From contig JBAXOG010000003.1 of NCBI GenBank assembly GCA_037133395.1, forward strand, positions 7,644 through 71,643: 64,000 nucleotides of DNA, read 5' to 3'. The notes beneath the pieces are model-generated. The model saw only the letters and a program-made list of their open reading frames with translations. It was not told where the DNA came from and did not search any database. The stretch's first letter is position 1; the number at the start of each line of letters is the position of its first letter. This document shows positions 25,971 to 35,555 of this stretch, piece by piece. The DNA is from a bacterium. GTDB taxonomy: Bacteria > Verrucomicrobiota > Kiritimatiellia > RFP12 > UBA1067. Made by a program: the position numbers and the translations under genes.

Positions 25971-28829
25971 ATGAAGATTCGAACACTCGTCTGTATTTTA
26001 TTTACGATGACGTTGTCAGCCAAGACGTTGACGAATGAGCGGTATCGCATCGAGGTCGAAAGCGACGGGATTTTGAGCGTTGTAACGGGAAGCGGTGTAC
26101 CGATGCGCCTCGCCCCTTCCTTCACGGTTCTGTTCAGCGCGAAAGATCCGGGGTATCATCGCAACAACAGCAATATCGGACTGGCGAAACGCACCTCGAT
26201 CCGTTGGACCCGATATGAGCAGCCGCTGGCTGAGCTGAATCGCTGGCTGACCGACGAGTTGAAGCTGGACGTGGTCGTCTCGGAGGATGCGAAGGGACGT
26301 CGGACGTGGAGCTACAACAAGGGTAAATCGATCCTGACAGGTCCTTATGCGCAGGGCACAACCAATCCTTTCCTGGTTGGCGAGCGGTTTGATGTGCTTC
26401 CGATCAAGACCACGCAGGTCGGGCGAATCATTCGGTGGGACTTTGCTCCGCAGCCGAAATTTGTTCTTTCTGCGCAGATGGCCTTGCCGGAGGGAGGGAA
26501 AGATCCTGAGATCAGTTACACCCTGAACGCTACGCAGGATGGATTCTATTCGGTGGCCTTCACGGGTTCACCCGGATTCGGCGAGAAGGAGTTTGTTTCT
26601 GTGCCACAATTGGCGACCGGCTATGGACGTTACTTTCATCATGTGATTGCCGAAGTGACCGAAAAACTGCCTCGGGCTCACGTGAGTGACGGAAAGCGAA
26701 ACCTTCTGCTGGCGGTTCATCCGGATGATGTTCCTTTCCTGCCCAATCTCGTTACTTTTCAGACCTCGCGCTTCGGAACCATGATCCGCAAAGAGAAGGG
26801 CTTTTTCACACCGGTCATCTTTTCGCCCTTGATGGGAACAGACCCGTCGAAGATGAAGAAGGGGGATTGTCGCCGTGTCCGCCTCTTGTTCGTTTCCAAA
26901 GATGGCGACTGGCAGGATGCCTATCGGTATGTTGCTGAAAACATTTATGGGCTGCGCGACATGCGCGACAACACGGGGTCGGGTTCGCTCTCCTCGGCCA
27001 TCGAACGTATCTTCGCCTTTCTGTCGAACGCGAACGGCAAGAATTATGCTATGTGGCATGATGAACAGAAATACTACAACTACTGGTCTGACCTGTCGGG
27101 CATCTTTAAACCCTTTTCGCCGCTGTATGGGTTGAGTGCGGCTGTTGTTCTGGATGACGAGTCATTCTATCGGTCGCGTGCCTTGCCTGCGATGGAGTTT
27201 GCGCTTTCCCGCGCTAACAATATGTTTTATCCGTATGATGTGAAAAACAACGGCATGGCCAGCCGTATCAATCGCGAATTGGGAAAGCCCTATATTCCCT
27301 TCGCGCAACTGGTGAGCGCCTGGGAGTTTTATCAGGGCAGAACCTATGCGTTCCGCTATTATGCGGAACAGTCGAAGCCCTCCGCTCAACCTTTGGATCT
27401 GGTCGCATTAGCGCGGCTGAACCCGTCGTCCGATACGCTTGCGACCGCGAAGGCAACTGGCCTTAAAGGGTGCAAGGGGCTTTCGGGCAATTATATGGAT
27501 TTCCTTGAACTGTACGAGGCCGTGCCGGATCCAAAGTTGCTGGAGGCCGCTCGGACTCGGATCTATGCGCTGCTGTCCACGGGCTTCAATCTTTTCCCGA
27601 CAGTGCCGGAACAAGAGATGGTTTTTGATGCCGGCGGCAAAGTTCCGGTTCACGCGCACTCTTTCGGCCGACACGCGGCGTGGGGTTTCCCGCCGCCCGA
27701 GGGTCTGGAAACGAAAGAGCAGAAAGCGCCAGCCTGGCGGGGCTCTGAGATCGGGCTCGAATCCTTCTCTCATCATAGGGCCGAACTTTGGCCAAACAAC
27801 CTGCCGCAAATACTCCGGGTGGCCTCTTTTTCGGATGACAACTTCCTGCGCGTGCTGGCGCGTTGGGGTCTGGTGGGCCGCTATGCGAACTACGCCGGAG
27901 ACAACCGCACGGAACGCTCGTTGGTTACGGAATTGCCAGATGCGCCGGAACACCCGATCTGGAAGCTGACCTATTCGTCGATCAACCCCGGCCATGCGTG
28001 GGAGTTCATCGGCGCAATGATTGATTTCCGCGTCACGGACTGCTTTGACCGGTCCGACAAGCAGATCGCCTTTCCAGGCAACACGATGGCAGGCAGCCCT
28101 TTCCGCGTCCGAAATTACGGGGCTGTTCCCGGACGTTTTTATGATGAGCAGAACGTGCATCTGTGGATGCCTGTAGACTTGCTGAAGAGCGATAACCCGC
28201 AGGTCGAATGGCTCGCATGCTGGGGTAACGGCAAGCTGTATTTAGCGTTCTGGAGCCAGTCTTTCAAGGAAGAGGCGGTGACGGTTCAACTGAACTCGGC
28301 GCGGGCCACGGTGCCGCGTGACGCGACGATGCGCCAGTGGCAGAATAATAAAGTTGCCGCCGAGACCGGCTATTCCGGTGAAACGCTGACCTTCCGTCTT
28401 CCGGCCAAGGGCATTCAGGCCTTTGCGATTGATCGGGTCCAGACGCGCAGGACCCTGCAGGCGAAAATGTTCGATCCCGCTTCGCCGGTATTGGGGCCGG
28501 ACAGCATGCAATCGGTGCAGGCGCCCTTTGGCAAGGTCCATGGCATGTTGCTCTCCATGGGGCGGGGGCTGACCAGCGCGTTTGTTTATACCGATGCGTT
28601 GCCGGAGCAGGTTATTACCGCCCGTCTGCGGTATCGGCAGGGCAGCGGTGAATGGAAGATTCTGCAGGATGATGTATTCCCCTTTGAGTTCTCAGTCTGG
28701 CTCGATGACCAGGCTGGTGACTTCGAGGGAATAATGGAAGTGGAGACCACGCGCCTTGAAAAACAGGAGAGCGGACGTGTGGTTTTAAGTTTTGCAAAAT
28801 CAACTATTAATCCGGCCACTAAACAGTAG
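25971..28829 (+). CDS. secreted protein of unassigned family, paralog P2
   Basis: The ORF is open from 25848, where it overlaps the GH95 end. I prefer ATG 25971, which begins MKIRTLVCILFTMTLSA (signal peptide). It shares blocks with P1 and P3: VGRYANYAG, IAFPGNT, PGRFYDEQNVHLWMPVDLL, and the N-terminal ERYRIEVESDGIL. Confidence 0.75.
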   Translation: MKIRTLVCILFTMTLSAKTLTNERYRIEVESDGILSVVTGSGVPMRLAPSFTVLFSAKDPGYHRNNSNIGLAKRTSIRWTRYEQPLAELNRWLTDELKLDVVVSEDAKGRRTWSYNKGKSILTGPYAQGTTNPFLVGERFDVLPIKTTQVGRIIRWDFAPQPKFVLSAQMALPEGGKDPEISYTLNATQDGFYSVAFTGSPGFGEKEFVSVPQLATGYGRYFHHVIAEVTEKLPRAHVSDGKRNLLLAVHPDDVPFLPNLVTFQTSRFGTMIRKEKGFFTPVIFSPLMGTDPSKMKKGDCRRVRLLFVSKDGDWQDAYRYVAENIYGLRDMRDNTGSGSLSSAIERIFAFLSNANGKNYAMWHDEQKYYNYWSDLSGIFKPFSPLYGLSAAVVLDDESFYRSRALPAMEFALSRANNMFYPYDVKNNGMASRINRELGKPYIPFAQLVSAWEFYQGRTYAFRYYAEQSKPSAQPLDLVALARLNPSSDTLATAKATGLKGCKGLSGNYMDFLELYEAVPDPKLLEAARTRIYALLSTGFNLFPTVPEQEMVFDAGGKVPVHAHSFGRHAAWGFPPPEGLETKEQKAPAWRGSEIGLESFSHHRAELWPNNLPQILRVASFSDDNFLRVLARWGLVGRYANYAGDNRTERSLVTELPDAPEHPIWKLTYSSINPGHAWEFIGAMIDFRVTDCFDRSDKQIAFPGNTMAGSPFRVRNYGAVPGRFYDEQNVHLWMPVDLLKSDNPQVEWLACWGNGKLYLAFWSQSFKEEAVTVQLNSARATVPRDATMRQWQNNKVAAETGYSGETLTFRLPAKGIQAFAIDRVQTRRTLQAKMFDPASPVLGPDSMQSVQAPFGKVHGMLLSMGRGLTSAFVYTDALPEQVITARLRYRQGSGEWKILQDDVFPFEFSVWLDDQAGDFEGIMEVETTRLEKQESGRVVLSFAKSTINPATKQ

Positions 28830-28847
28830 CGAAAATCAAGATTCACG

Positions 28848-29144
28848 CTAATCCGGAGAAGAGTTTGAACAGAAGCACGCAAAGTTCGCAAAGAAGAGAC
28901 ACTGTTGCGGCAATTATATTCGGGAGTACCCGAACAAAATTTCCGCAACGGTACTTCGGGGGAATTGGGGGCAATAAGGAAGAAACTCCAGAGCTCAGCA
29001 CCTATTCATTTCTTCAACATTCTTTACGGAGCGGTGTTTTGCGAATTTTGATCCCGCTTCAGCGGGAGCAAGATACGCGAAACATTTTCTTCCTTCGCGT
29101 CCTTCGCGAGCTTCTGTTCAAACGCCCCTCCCTCTTCGGATTAG
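28848..29144. repeat. MITE-like element / long inverted repeat (about 297 bp)
   Basis: The left end is ctaatccggagaagagtttgaacagaagc. The reverse complement of the right end is ctaatccgaagagggaggggcgtttgaacagaagc. Arm similarity continues inward (cgcaaagttcgcaaagaag versus cgcgaaggacgcgaaggaag). Internal small hairpins are present (ttgcgg...ccgcaa, tcccgc-ttca-gcggga). No coding capacity is evident. Confidence 0.6.
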
Positions 29145-29308
29145 TGGGGATCAGTGCAGATTAGTGGTGAAGTCCTTCTTCTGGGAGGTACTTGTGGGTA
29201 ACAGAAAGGCCTCGCCAGAGGTCGAGACGGGTGGTGAAGGTTTGATTTCGCGCGGAAGTCGCCACTATTTAGTGGCTGGAGTAATAAGTGAAGAAAAAGG
29301 ATGCCATA

Positions 29309-31129
29309 ATGATTAAGAAAATGTTGGGATTAGCTTTGGTTATGATTTCGTGTTCCGCGCTTGCGGCGGACCTTTCGCACGTGCCGCAGATCAGTGAGAC
29401 GCCACAGCAGCACGATGCGCGGATGCAGTGGTTCCGCGATGCCAAGTTCGGGATGTTTATCCACTGGGGACCTTCTTCGGTCGGAGCCACGGAAATCGGC
29501 TGGGGCCGCAATGCGGCCCGGCCCTGGGATATCGGCAAGCCCAACAACGCCCGCCAGCGCACCGAGGATCCGGTTTACGACAACTACAACAAGCAGTTCA
29601 ATCCAACCAACTACAACGCCGATGCATGGGTAAACTTCGCCAAGGAATGCGGCATGAAGTACATGGTGATCATCGCCAAGCATCATGACGGTTTCTCGAT
29701 GTTCGACTCGAAGGTGACCGATTACGACATCATGGCGACACCCTATAAGCGCGATATCATCAAGCTGTTTGCCGAGGCCTGCCACAAGAACGGCATAAAG
29801 CTGGGAATCTATTACTCCACCCGCGACTGGTATAACCCTGATTACCTGCAAGGCGACAACGCCAAATATGATCAGTGGTATCGCACGCAGATCCAGGAAC
29901 TGCTGAGCAACTACGGGCAAGTGGACGTGGTGTGGTTTGACAGCGTGGGCGGCAACGATTGGGGTAAGTGGAAGTTCGATGAGCTCTTCGCGATGATGTA
30001 CCGCCTTCAGCCCGGGCTGCTCATCAACAACCGGGTGAAGTTCATCGGTCCCAAGACGCCCGAAGACCGCAAGCCCGCCTCGCCGGAAATAGAGAAGATG
30101 ACCAAGGGCGATTTCGGCACGCCCGAAGGTGTCATCGGTGCCTACACCATCGATAAGGATTGGGAATCGTGCATGCGCAACGGCAGGGGCTGGAGCTATC
30201 GCGGAGAGGATGGGTTCCGGGAGCCCGACGATGCCATCCGGATGCTGGTCAGTTCTGTGACGGGTGGGGGCAATCTCCTGCTGGATTTCGCGCCGCGTCC
30301 CGACGGCACCTTTACCGTTGGAGACATGAAGGTGGGCCGGGCCGCAGGTGCTTGGCTGAAGAAATACGGGGAAGCCATCTACGGCACGCGTGGGGGGCCG
30401 TATCGGAACGGTTCATGGGGTGGCAGTTGTCACAAAGGCGGGAAGCTTTTTCTTCACCTCTTCCCAAAACGCAAGGGCGCGTGGGTCTTTGATCTGCTGC
30501 CGTGCAAGGTGCTCTCGGCCCGCGTGCTGGGGGGTGAGCCGGTCAAATTCGCTCAGAGCGACAAGGAGCTATCCTTCCAGGTGGGCGAGGGCCAATACGA
30601 TGCCCCTGTGACCGTGATTGAGCTGTCCTTGGATCAGCCTGTAAAGGACGGGACGACGGTCGGCAGCGTACACGGCGAAGACCTGTCGGAACACGGAAAG
30701 ATCCTCAGTGAGAACGCCACCTTGGAAATCAGTTCGCAATCGCGTCATGATCAGAACGACCACGAGCGGTTGTTCAAAGGTGACAAGCCCAAACACGGCA
30801 AGGCGTTCCAAACGGAACCGGAAAATAACCCCTGGGCCAAAATTGATCTTGGCGCGGTAAAAAATGTGAAGGCCGTCATAATTGAGAACCAGGCCTTGGA
30901 GCGTCGAACCGCTGGGCTGATCCTCTCTGTCTCCGCCGATGGCCAGAAGTGGGAAAAAGTGTGGAAGGCAGAGCAATGGGATTTGAGTTGGACGATCCCC
31001 TTGACCACCTTCGAGACCGGCGCGGAGGTGCCCGGGCGCAAGGTGCGCTATCTCAAGATGGAAACCAAAGGGGCCACCAACCACCCGCTGATTTTGCAAA
31101 GGTTCACTGCTTACGGAGACGATAGATAA
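29309..31129 (+). CDS. alpha-L-fucosidase (GH29) with C-terminal F5/8 type C-like domain
   Basis: The ORF is open from GTG 29288. ATG 29309 has AAGGA 8 nt upstream. A signal peptide is present. GH29 blocks: MQWFRDAKFGMFIHWGP and MKYMVIIAKHHDGFSMFDS. It is a close paralog of 35556..37418. Confidence 0.85.
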   Translation: MIKKMLGLALVMISCSALAADLSHVPQISETPQQHDARMQWFRDAKFGMFIHWGPSSVGATEIGWGRNAARPWDIGKPNNARQRTEDPVYDNYNKQFNPTNYNADAWVNFAKECGMKYMVIIAKHHDGFSMFDSKVTDYDIMATPYKRDIIKLFAEACHKNGIKLGIYYSTRDWYNPDYLQGDNAKYDQWYRTQIQELLSNYGQVDVVWFDSVGGNDWGKWKFDELFAMMYRLQPGLLINNRVKFIGPKTPEDRKPASPEIEKMTKGDFGTPEGVIGAYTIDKDWESCMRNGRGWSYRGEDGFREPDDAIRMLVSSVTGGGNLLLDFAPRPDGTFTVGDMKVGRAAGAWLKKYGEAIYGTRGGPYRNGSWGGSCHKGGKLFLHLFPKRKGAWVFDLLPCKVLSARVLGGEPVKFAQSDKELSFQVGEGQYDAPVTVIELSLDQPVKDGTTVGSVHGEDLSEHGKILSENATLEISSQSRHDQNDHERLFKGDKPKHGKAFQTEPENNPWAKIDLGAVKNVKAVIIENQALERRTAGLILSVSADGQKWEKVWKAEQWDLSWTIPLTTFETGAEVPGRKVRYLKMETKGATNHPLILQRFTAYGDDR

Positions 31130-32514
31130 TGAAGATGAAAACGATAAAACTACCTTGCATGCTTATGCTGCTCATGCTGGCCGCAGGTTGGCTCCGGGCC
31201 GGGGAACCGGCCCAGTCGAGACGAGATGCATTCAGCGCCATGCGCTATGGAATCTTCATCCACAATGTTTACAAAATAACCGGCGCACCGGTCGGGGTAA
31301 AATATGAAACCCCTGACGAGTTTGCCAACCTCTTTGATGTCCGGACGTTTGCCGACCAGATGTCGGAAATCGGTGTCGAGTATGTGATTTTCACCGCATG
31401 GCACGAGGGGATGTTCTATCTTGGTCCCAATCCGGCCATTGACAAATGGCTACCGGGGCACACGACCAAGCGGGACCTCATTGGCGACCTTGCGGATGCG
31501 CTTGCAGCGAAAAGAATCGCGCTGGTGCTCTATACCTCTCCGAATGACGCAAAGCTGTCCCCCGAGGAACAGGCCAAGGTCGGTTTCATCAAGAATGACA
31601 ATACGCACCCACCCATGCCTGTGTTCAACGACTTTATGAACGAGGTTTATGCTGAGGTTGCCGGCCGCTGCAGTAAGAAACCGAATGTGCTGGGCTTCTT
31701 TTGGGATGGCTGGGCTGACGGAGGCTTTCGCCTCGATGTGAAACGTCTGCGCACCACGCTGCGCAAGCATTTCCCGGAGTCCGTTGTCCTGTCCCAAACT
31801 CCTTGTCCGGGCATCATCGACTTTCCTTATTATGCGAAAGACTACAACCGTCCGAAGGCTGATGATGTCGATCTGATCCCCGTGCGCTCGATTGGCCAGT
31901 GCGCCACTTTCGCCGGACCTTGGTGGCGTCCCTCAGGCGGTCGGCCAGGCAAATCCAAGTTTTCCGCTGAAACCATCTTCAGGTTCACCGTGCTCAATGC
32001 CGGTGCCGACGGTCCTGGGGGCATGGGGTGGGCGGTGTCCCCTCTTGCGGATGGAAAAACCTGGGGTTCCGATGACAACGAACCCTTGCCAACCTTTCGA
32101 GTGGTCAACAATTACATCCGACCGATCCGGGAATCCATCTGCGGCGTGGCACCGAGCCGCAACTGGACGCTGCCGAACGGGAGCAAGTTCTCCACCGCAC
32201 CTGCCTATGTGGCCGCGCGAAGTCTCGACGGCAAGAGGGAATACGTGCATGTCCTGAAGCCGAGAGACGGGAAGAGCGTCACGCTCACGAAGCCCGTTGA
32301 AGAGTTTATTAGCGCCCGGCTTTTGGTCAGCGGCCACCCCGTGAAGATCGAGGCGGGAACGGACTCCCTCGTGTTGACGCTGGGTCAGGATGATCAATGG
32401 GACCCGCTCGATACGGTGATCGTGCTGGAGAAGACGCCGGCAGCCCTCTCGGCGGACAACGGAGCAGAAATTTACCCGCACAGAAAGAAGGCCAATGAAA
32501 ACAGTGATTCCTAA
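31129..32514 (+). CDS. divergent GH29-like alpha-L-fucosidase family protein
   Basis: 461-aa ORF with a signal peptide. It has GH29-like blocks (FSAMRYGIFIHNVY, VEYVIFTAWHEGMFY) in which the usual HHDG is replaced. Its start codon shares a base with the preceding stop (TAATG). Confidence 0.55.
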   Translation: MKMKTIKLPCMLMLLMLAAGWLRAGEPAQSRRDAFSAMRYGIFIHNVYKITGAPVGVKYETPDEFANLFDVRTFADQMSEIGVEYVIFTAWHEGMFYLGPNPAIDKWLPGHTTKRDLIGDLADALAAKRIALVLYTSPNDAKLSPEEQAKVGFIKNDNTHPPMPVFNDFMNEVYAEVAGRCSKKPNVLGFFWDGWADGGFRLDVKRLRTTLRKHFPESVVLSQTPCPGIIDFPYYAKDYNRPKADDVDLIPVRSIGQCATFAGPWWRPSGGRPGKSKFSAETIFRFTVLNAGADGPGGMGWAVSPLADGKTWGSDDNEPLPTFRVVNNYIRPIRESICGVAPSRNWTLPNGSKFSTAPAYVAARSLDGKREYVHVLKPRDGKSVTLTKPVEEFISARLLVSGHPVKIEAGTDSLVLTLGQDDQWDPLDTVIVLEKTPAALSADNGAEIYPHRKKANENSDS

Positions 32515-33769
32515 AGCGAAACAAAAATGGATTGCGCTGGCTGTGGTGTGTCTGGTCGGCACGGCTCAAGGTCAGGAGGCTAAAATCGAGAACAAGCTGG
32601 GCGTGGATGAAGACCGTGTAAAACATTTCAAGTCGCTCTCCACCAAAGAGAAGATCATTTTCGCTGTCCAAGACAAAGAGCTCATCGCGGCGCGCGCACA
32701 GATGGCGGACCTTTCAGGCTCGGGCGAGAATCCTTACGTCGGGGGCTTTCCCGTGCCTCGCAGCTACTCCACTCACCCAAACTACCGTACAAAGCTCGAA
32801 ACCAGAGCCGATGGGCTTTCCTACAAGCTGAAGATCTCGTATGATGAACAATTGCCCGGTTTACAGGGATTCTTAACCAACAATTTTATCCCCGCAGTGA
32901 AGAAGTATTGCGAGGGCGGGCAACTGAACGTCGATTTTGACTCCTTGAAATTCAGCATCGCGGAAAGGCCGAATACGGATGACCTGAATGTTCAAGAAGA
33001 CATCCCCTACAACATCCTTGGGAAGCGGGCCCTTGTGCTGGATCTCTACGTGCCCAAGGCGCCTCCAAAGTCCAAGGCTTACCCAGTTCTCCTTTTCTTC
33101 CATGGTGGAGGATGGCTTAGCGGGCATCACTACAGCAATCGTGCAGTAGCCATCTCCATGGCCAAGAAGGGCTTTGCCACGGTAGTTGTGGAATATCGGT
33201 TGGGTGTTGAGGCGATCTTCCCGGCTGCTGTCTGGGATGGAAAGGCTGCCGTACGATGGGTTAGGAAGAATGCGGACAAATACAAGCTGGATCCGAACAT
33301 GATCCTCGTCAGCGGCGGGTCGGCCGGGGGCAACATTGCCGGTCTTGTGGGAATGACCAACGGCGACTCGCGTTTCGAGGGCGATGGCAATCACAAGGAG
33401 TACTCCAGCGTAGTCCATGGTGTCATCGCTTACGATGGCGCCGTTCATCAGAGCAATGGACTCTGGACGGGCGGAGGCGAAGGCAGGCCTGACCCCACGA
33501 AGGCAAATCCGTGGTTCTACAATGAGTCGATTCCGCTTTTCCACATCATCAGTAAAGACGGTGGCGTGCCTATCCTCTTCGTCAAGGGGGGGAGGCCTCT
33601 GAGCATTTGGATCAAAAAGTATATCAACAATATCAAGGTGGATTGGCTGGATCATCGGTGGGTGCATGGATTTGAAGTTTTTGACCCGTCTAAAGATATC
33701 CTGGTCGAACAGCTCATGGAGTATTTCAAAAGTGACCGGTCGCTTTGGGCTGGGAAGTTGAACATCTGA
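32495..33769 (+). CDS. alpha/beta-hydrolase fold esterase (HGGG-type, Abhydrolase_3-like)
   Basis: 424-aa ORF with a signal peptide. It carries the oxyanion motif LLFFHGGGW and the nucleophile elbow VSGGSAGGN. Confidence 0.75.
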   Translation: MKTVIPKAKQKWIALAVVCLVGTAQGQEAKIENKLGVDEDRVKHFKSLSTKEKIIFAVQDKELIAARAQMADLSGSGENPYVGGFPVPRSYSTHPNYRTKLETRADGLSYKLKISYDEQLPGLQGFLTNNFIPAVKKYCEGGQLNVDFDSLKFSIAERPNTDDLNVQEDIPYNILGKRALVLDLYVPKAPPKSKAYPVLLFFHGGGWLSGHHYSNRAVAISMAKKGFATVVVEYRLGVEAIFPAAVWDGKAAVRWVRKNADKYKLDPNMILVSGGSAGGNIAGLVGMTNGDSRFEGDGNHKEYSSVVHGVIAYDGAVHQSNGLWTGGGEGRPDPTKANPWFYNESIPLFHIISKDGGVPILFVKGGRPLSIWIKKYINNIKVDWLDHRWVHGFEVFDPSKDILVEQLMEYFKSDRSLWAGKLNI

Positions 33770-33772
33770 GAA

Positions 33773-35545
33773 ATGAAAACTAGTCAAACATTGAGGGTTT
33801 CTTCAATTCTGCTCGTTTGCGCGAGCGTGGTGACGGTGACGCAGGCTAGTCCGGCGTCGCAGGTCGAGCAGTTTGCAGCCGCCAAAGGGCGCGAGTATGT
33901 CTATCAAATGGATCCGATTCCCGAGGGGCTCATCTCCGCACGGTTTCATCTCTGGATTCCCGATTCCGTCAGCAGGACCGGAAGAATCCGTGGGGTAATC
34001 GCCCAGAACGGTTACAATTACGGCCTGATGCCGGAGGTTTTCCGCGCCGCGCATTGGAGAGCGCTGGCCTCCGAGCTTGGGCTGGCGCTCTGTCTCTACC
34101 GTGTCCAGGAGTCCAACCGCAAACACGCCGGTGGCCCGGGTAGCGCCCCGGTTACGGTTGCCGCGATTGAAGGCGGACTGGAGCATTTCGCCCAAACCCT
34201 TGGCCGCCCTGAACTCAAGCATTCCGGACTGATCTTCACCGGCCTCTCGGCCTCCGGGCGTCAAGCCATCTATCTTGGGAATGAGATGGCCGCACGGACC
34301 ATTGCGGTCATCGTCTACAGTCCCGCCACCAACCTGCCTCATCCGCTGGATACAGGCGTTCCTGTGCTGATCAACATGGGCGGCCGCGATCTGAAGCATG
34401 GGAACCCGATAGGTTTAGATAAGCTGATTCTCGCGGCGAGGACCCAAGGCGCGCCATGGCTGGGCCTGTTTCAGGCCAGAGTGCCGCACAACGGACACGG
34501 CGACCCCAGCTTCGTGATGGATTGGGCCCGCTGGGCAGTCAAAGCGCGCGTACCGGAAACCATTCCCGCCGATGTTCCGGTTCAGCTTAAGTCCCTTGCG
34601 ATTGAAAAGGGATGGTTGGGTCGGCTACGTTTAAACTCCGACCTCAACGACCCGCATCCCGAAGGCCCGGACGCGGCGACGGTCAGGCCTTGTTTTGGAG
34701 GCGCGGATGCTGCGAAGACCGCTTATTGGCTTCCGACTGAAGCGCTGGCCCGGGACTGGAAGGAGTATTGTCTGCGCCCCGACGTCCGTTTTGTCAATGG
34801 CATGGGTGAGGAGCCCGTGTTGCGTAACGAATCCTTCGTCAACTCGATCGGCATGCGTCTGGTGATGATTCCTGCCGGACAGTTCATCATGGGCAGTCCG
34901 GCCGATGAGGAGAAGCGGGCCGAGGATGAAACCCAGCACCCGGTCAGAATTACAAACCCCTTCTACATGGCCGCGACTGAAGTCACTCAGGCTCAGTGGT
35001 TGAAAGTCATGACCAACAATCCCTCGGGCTTTTTGGCTGATGTCAATCCAGTGGAAAATGTCAGCTATGATGACGCCTTGGCATTCTGTAAGGCCCTCAG
35101 CCGACTCGAGGGGCGGCCCTACCGTTTACCGACCGAGGCGGAATGGGAATATGCCTGTCGGGCGGGAACGGCGACACCCTTTCATTTCGGCTGGTCGATC
35201 GACACCGACCTGGCCAACTACCGCGGCGATGTCGGCTATGGCGGCGGAACTTCCGGCATTGACCGCCGTCGGCCGGGTCCGGTGGCCCAATTTCCGGCTA
35301 ATGCCTGGGGTCTTCATGACATGCATGGGAACGTGTTCGAATGGTGCGCTGACGGGTACGGCCCGTATCCGACAGGCGCCTTTCCCGACCCCAAGGGGCC
35401 GCAGGACGGCACTCAGAGGGTTTTTCGCGGCGGGGCATGGTACACCCTGCCTCACCTCACACGCGCCGCTTTCCGGGGCATGTCCGCTCCGGGCTATAAG
35501 AGTCTGATGGTCGGCTTCCGAGTGGTTGCCGAAAAGAGGGGATAA
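33773..35545 (+). CDS. fusion protein: N-terminal unknown (hydrolase-like) domain plus C-terminal formylglycine-generating-enzyme (SUMF1/FGE) family domain
   Basis: 590-aa ORF with a signal peptide. The C-terminal ~250 aa has FGE-family blocks: MRLVMIPAGQFIMGSP, ATEVTQAQW, YRLPTEAEWEYACRAG, GLHDMHGNVFEWCAD, RVFRGGAW. Confidence 0.8.
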   Translation: MKTSQTLRVSSILLVCASVVTVTQASPASQVEQFAAAKGREYVYQMDPIPEGLISARFHLWIPDSVSRTGRIRGVIAQNGYNYGLMPEVFRAAHWRALASELGLALCLYRVQESNRKHAGGPGSAPVTVAAIEGGLEHFAQTLGRPELKHSGLIFTGLSASGRQAIYLGNEMAARTIAVIVYSPATNLPHPLDTGVPVLINMGGRDLKHGNPIGLDKLILAARTQGAPWLGLFQARVPHNGHGDPSFVMDWARWAVKARVPETIPADVPVQLKSLAIEKGWLGRLRLNSDLNDPHPEGPDAATVRPCFGGADAAKTAYWLPTEALARDWKEYCLRPDVRFVNGMGEEPVLRNESFVNSIGMRLVMIPAGQFIMGSPADEEKRAEDETQHPVRITNPFYMAATEVTQAQWLKVMTNNPSGFLADVNPVENVSYDDALAFCKALSRLEGRPYRLPTEAEWEYACRAGTATPFHFGWSIDTDLANYRGDVGYGGGTSGIDRRRPGPVAQFPANAWGLHDMHGNVFEWCADGYGPYPTGAFPDPKGPQDGTQRVFRGGAWYTLPHLTRAAFRGMSAPGYKSLMVGFRVVAEKRG

Positions 35546-35555
35546 AGAAATTAAG

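Noticed and set aside
28865-29164. 99-aa ORF inside the MITE-like element
   Set aside because: It lies entirely within inverted-repeat and hairpin sequence, has no Shine-Dalgarno, and has a low-complexity translation.
33773-35545. Using the FGE-family domain as evidence that the island degrades sulfated fucoidan
   Set aside because: No sulfatase gene is present in the 64 kb, and FGE-fold domains have several non-sulfatase roles. The inference is not supported by what is visible.
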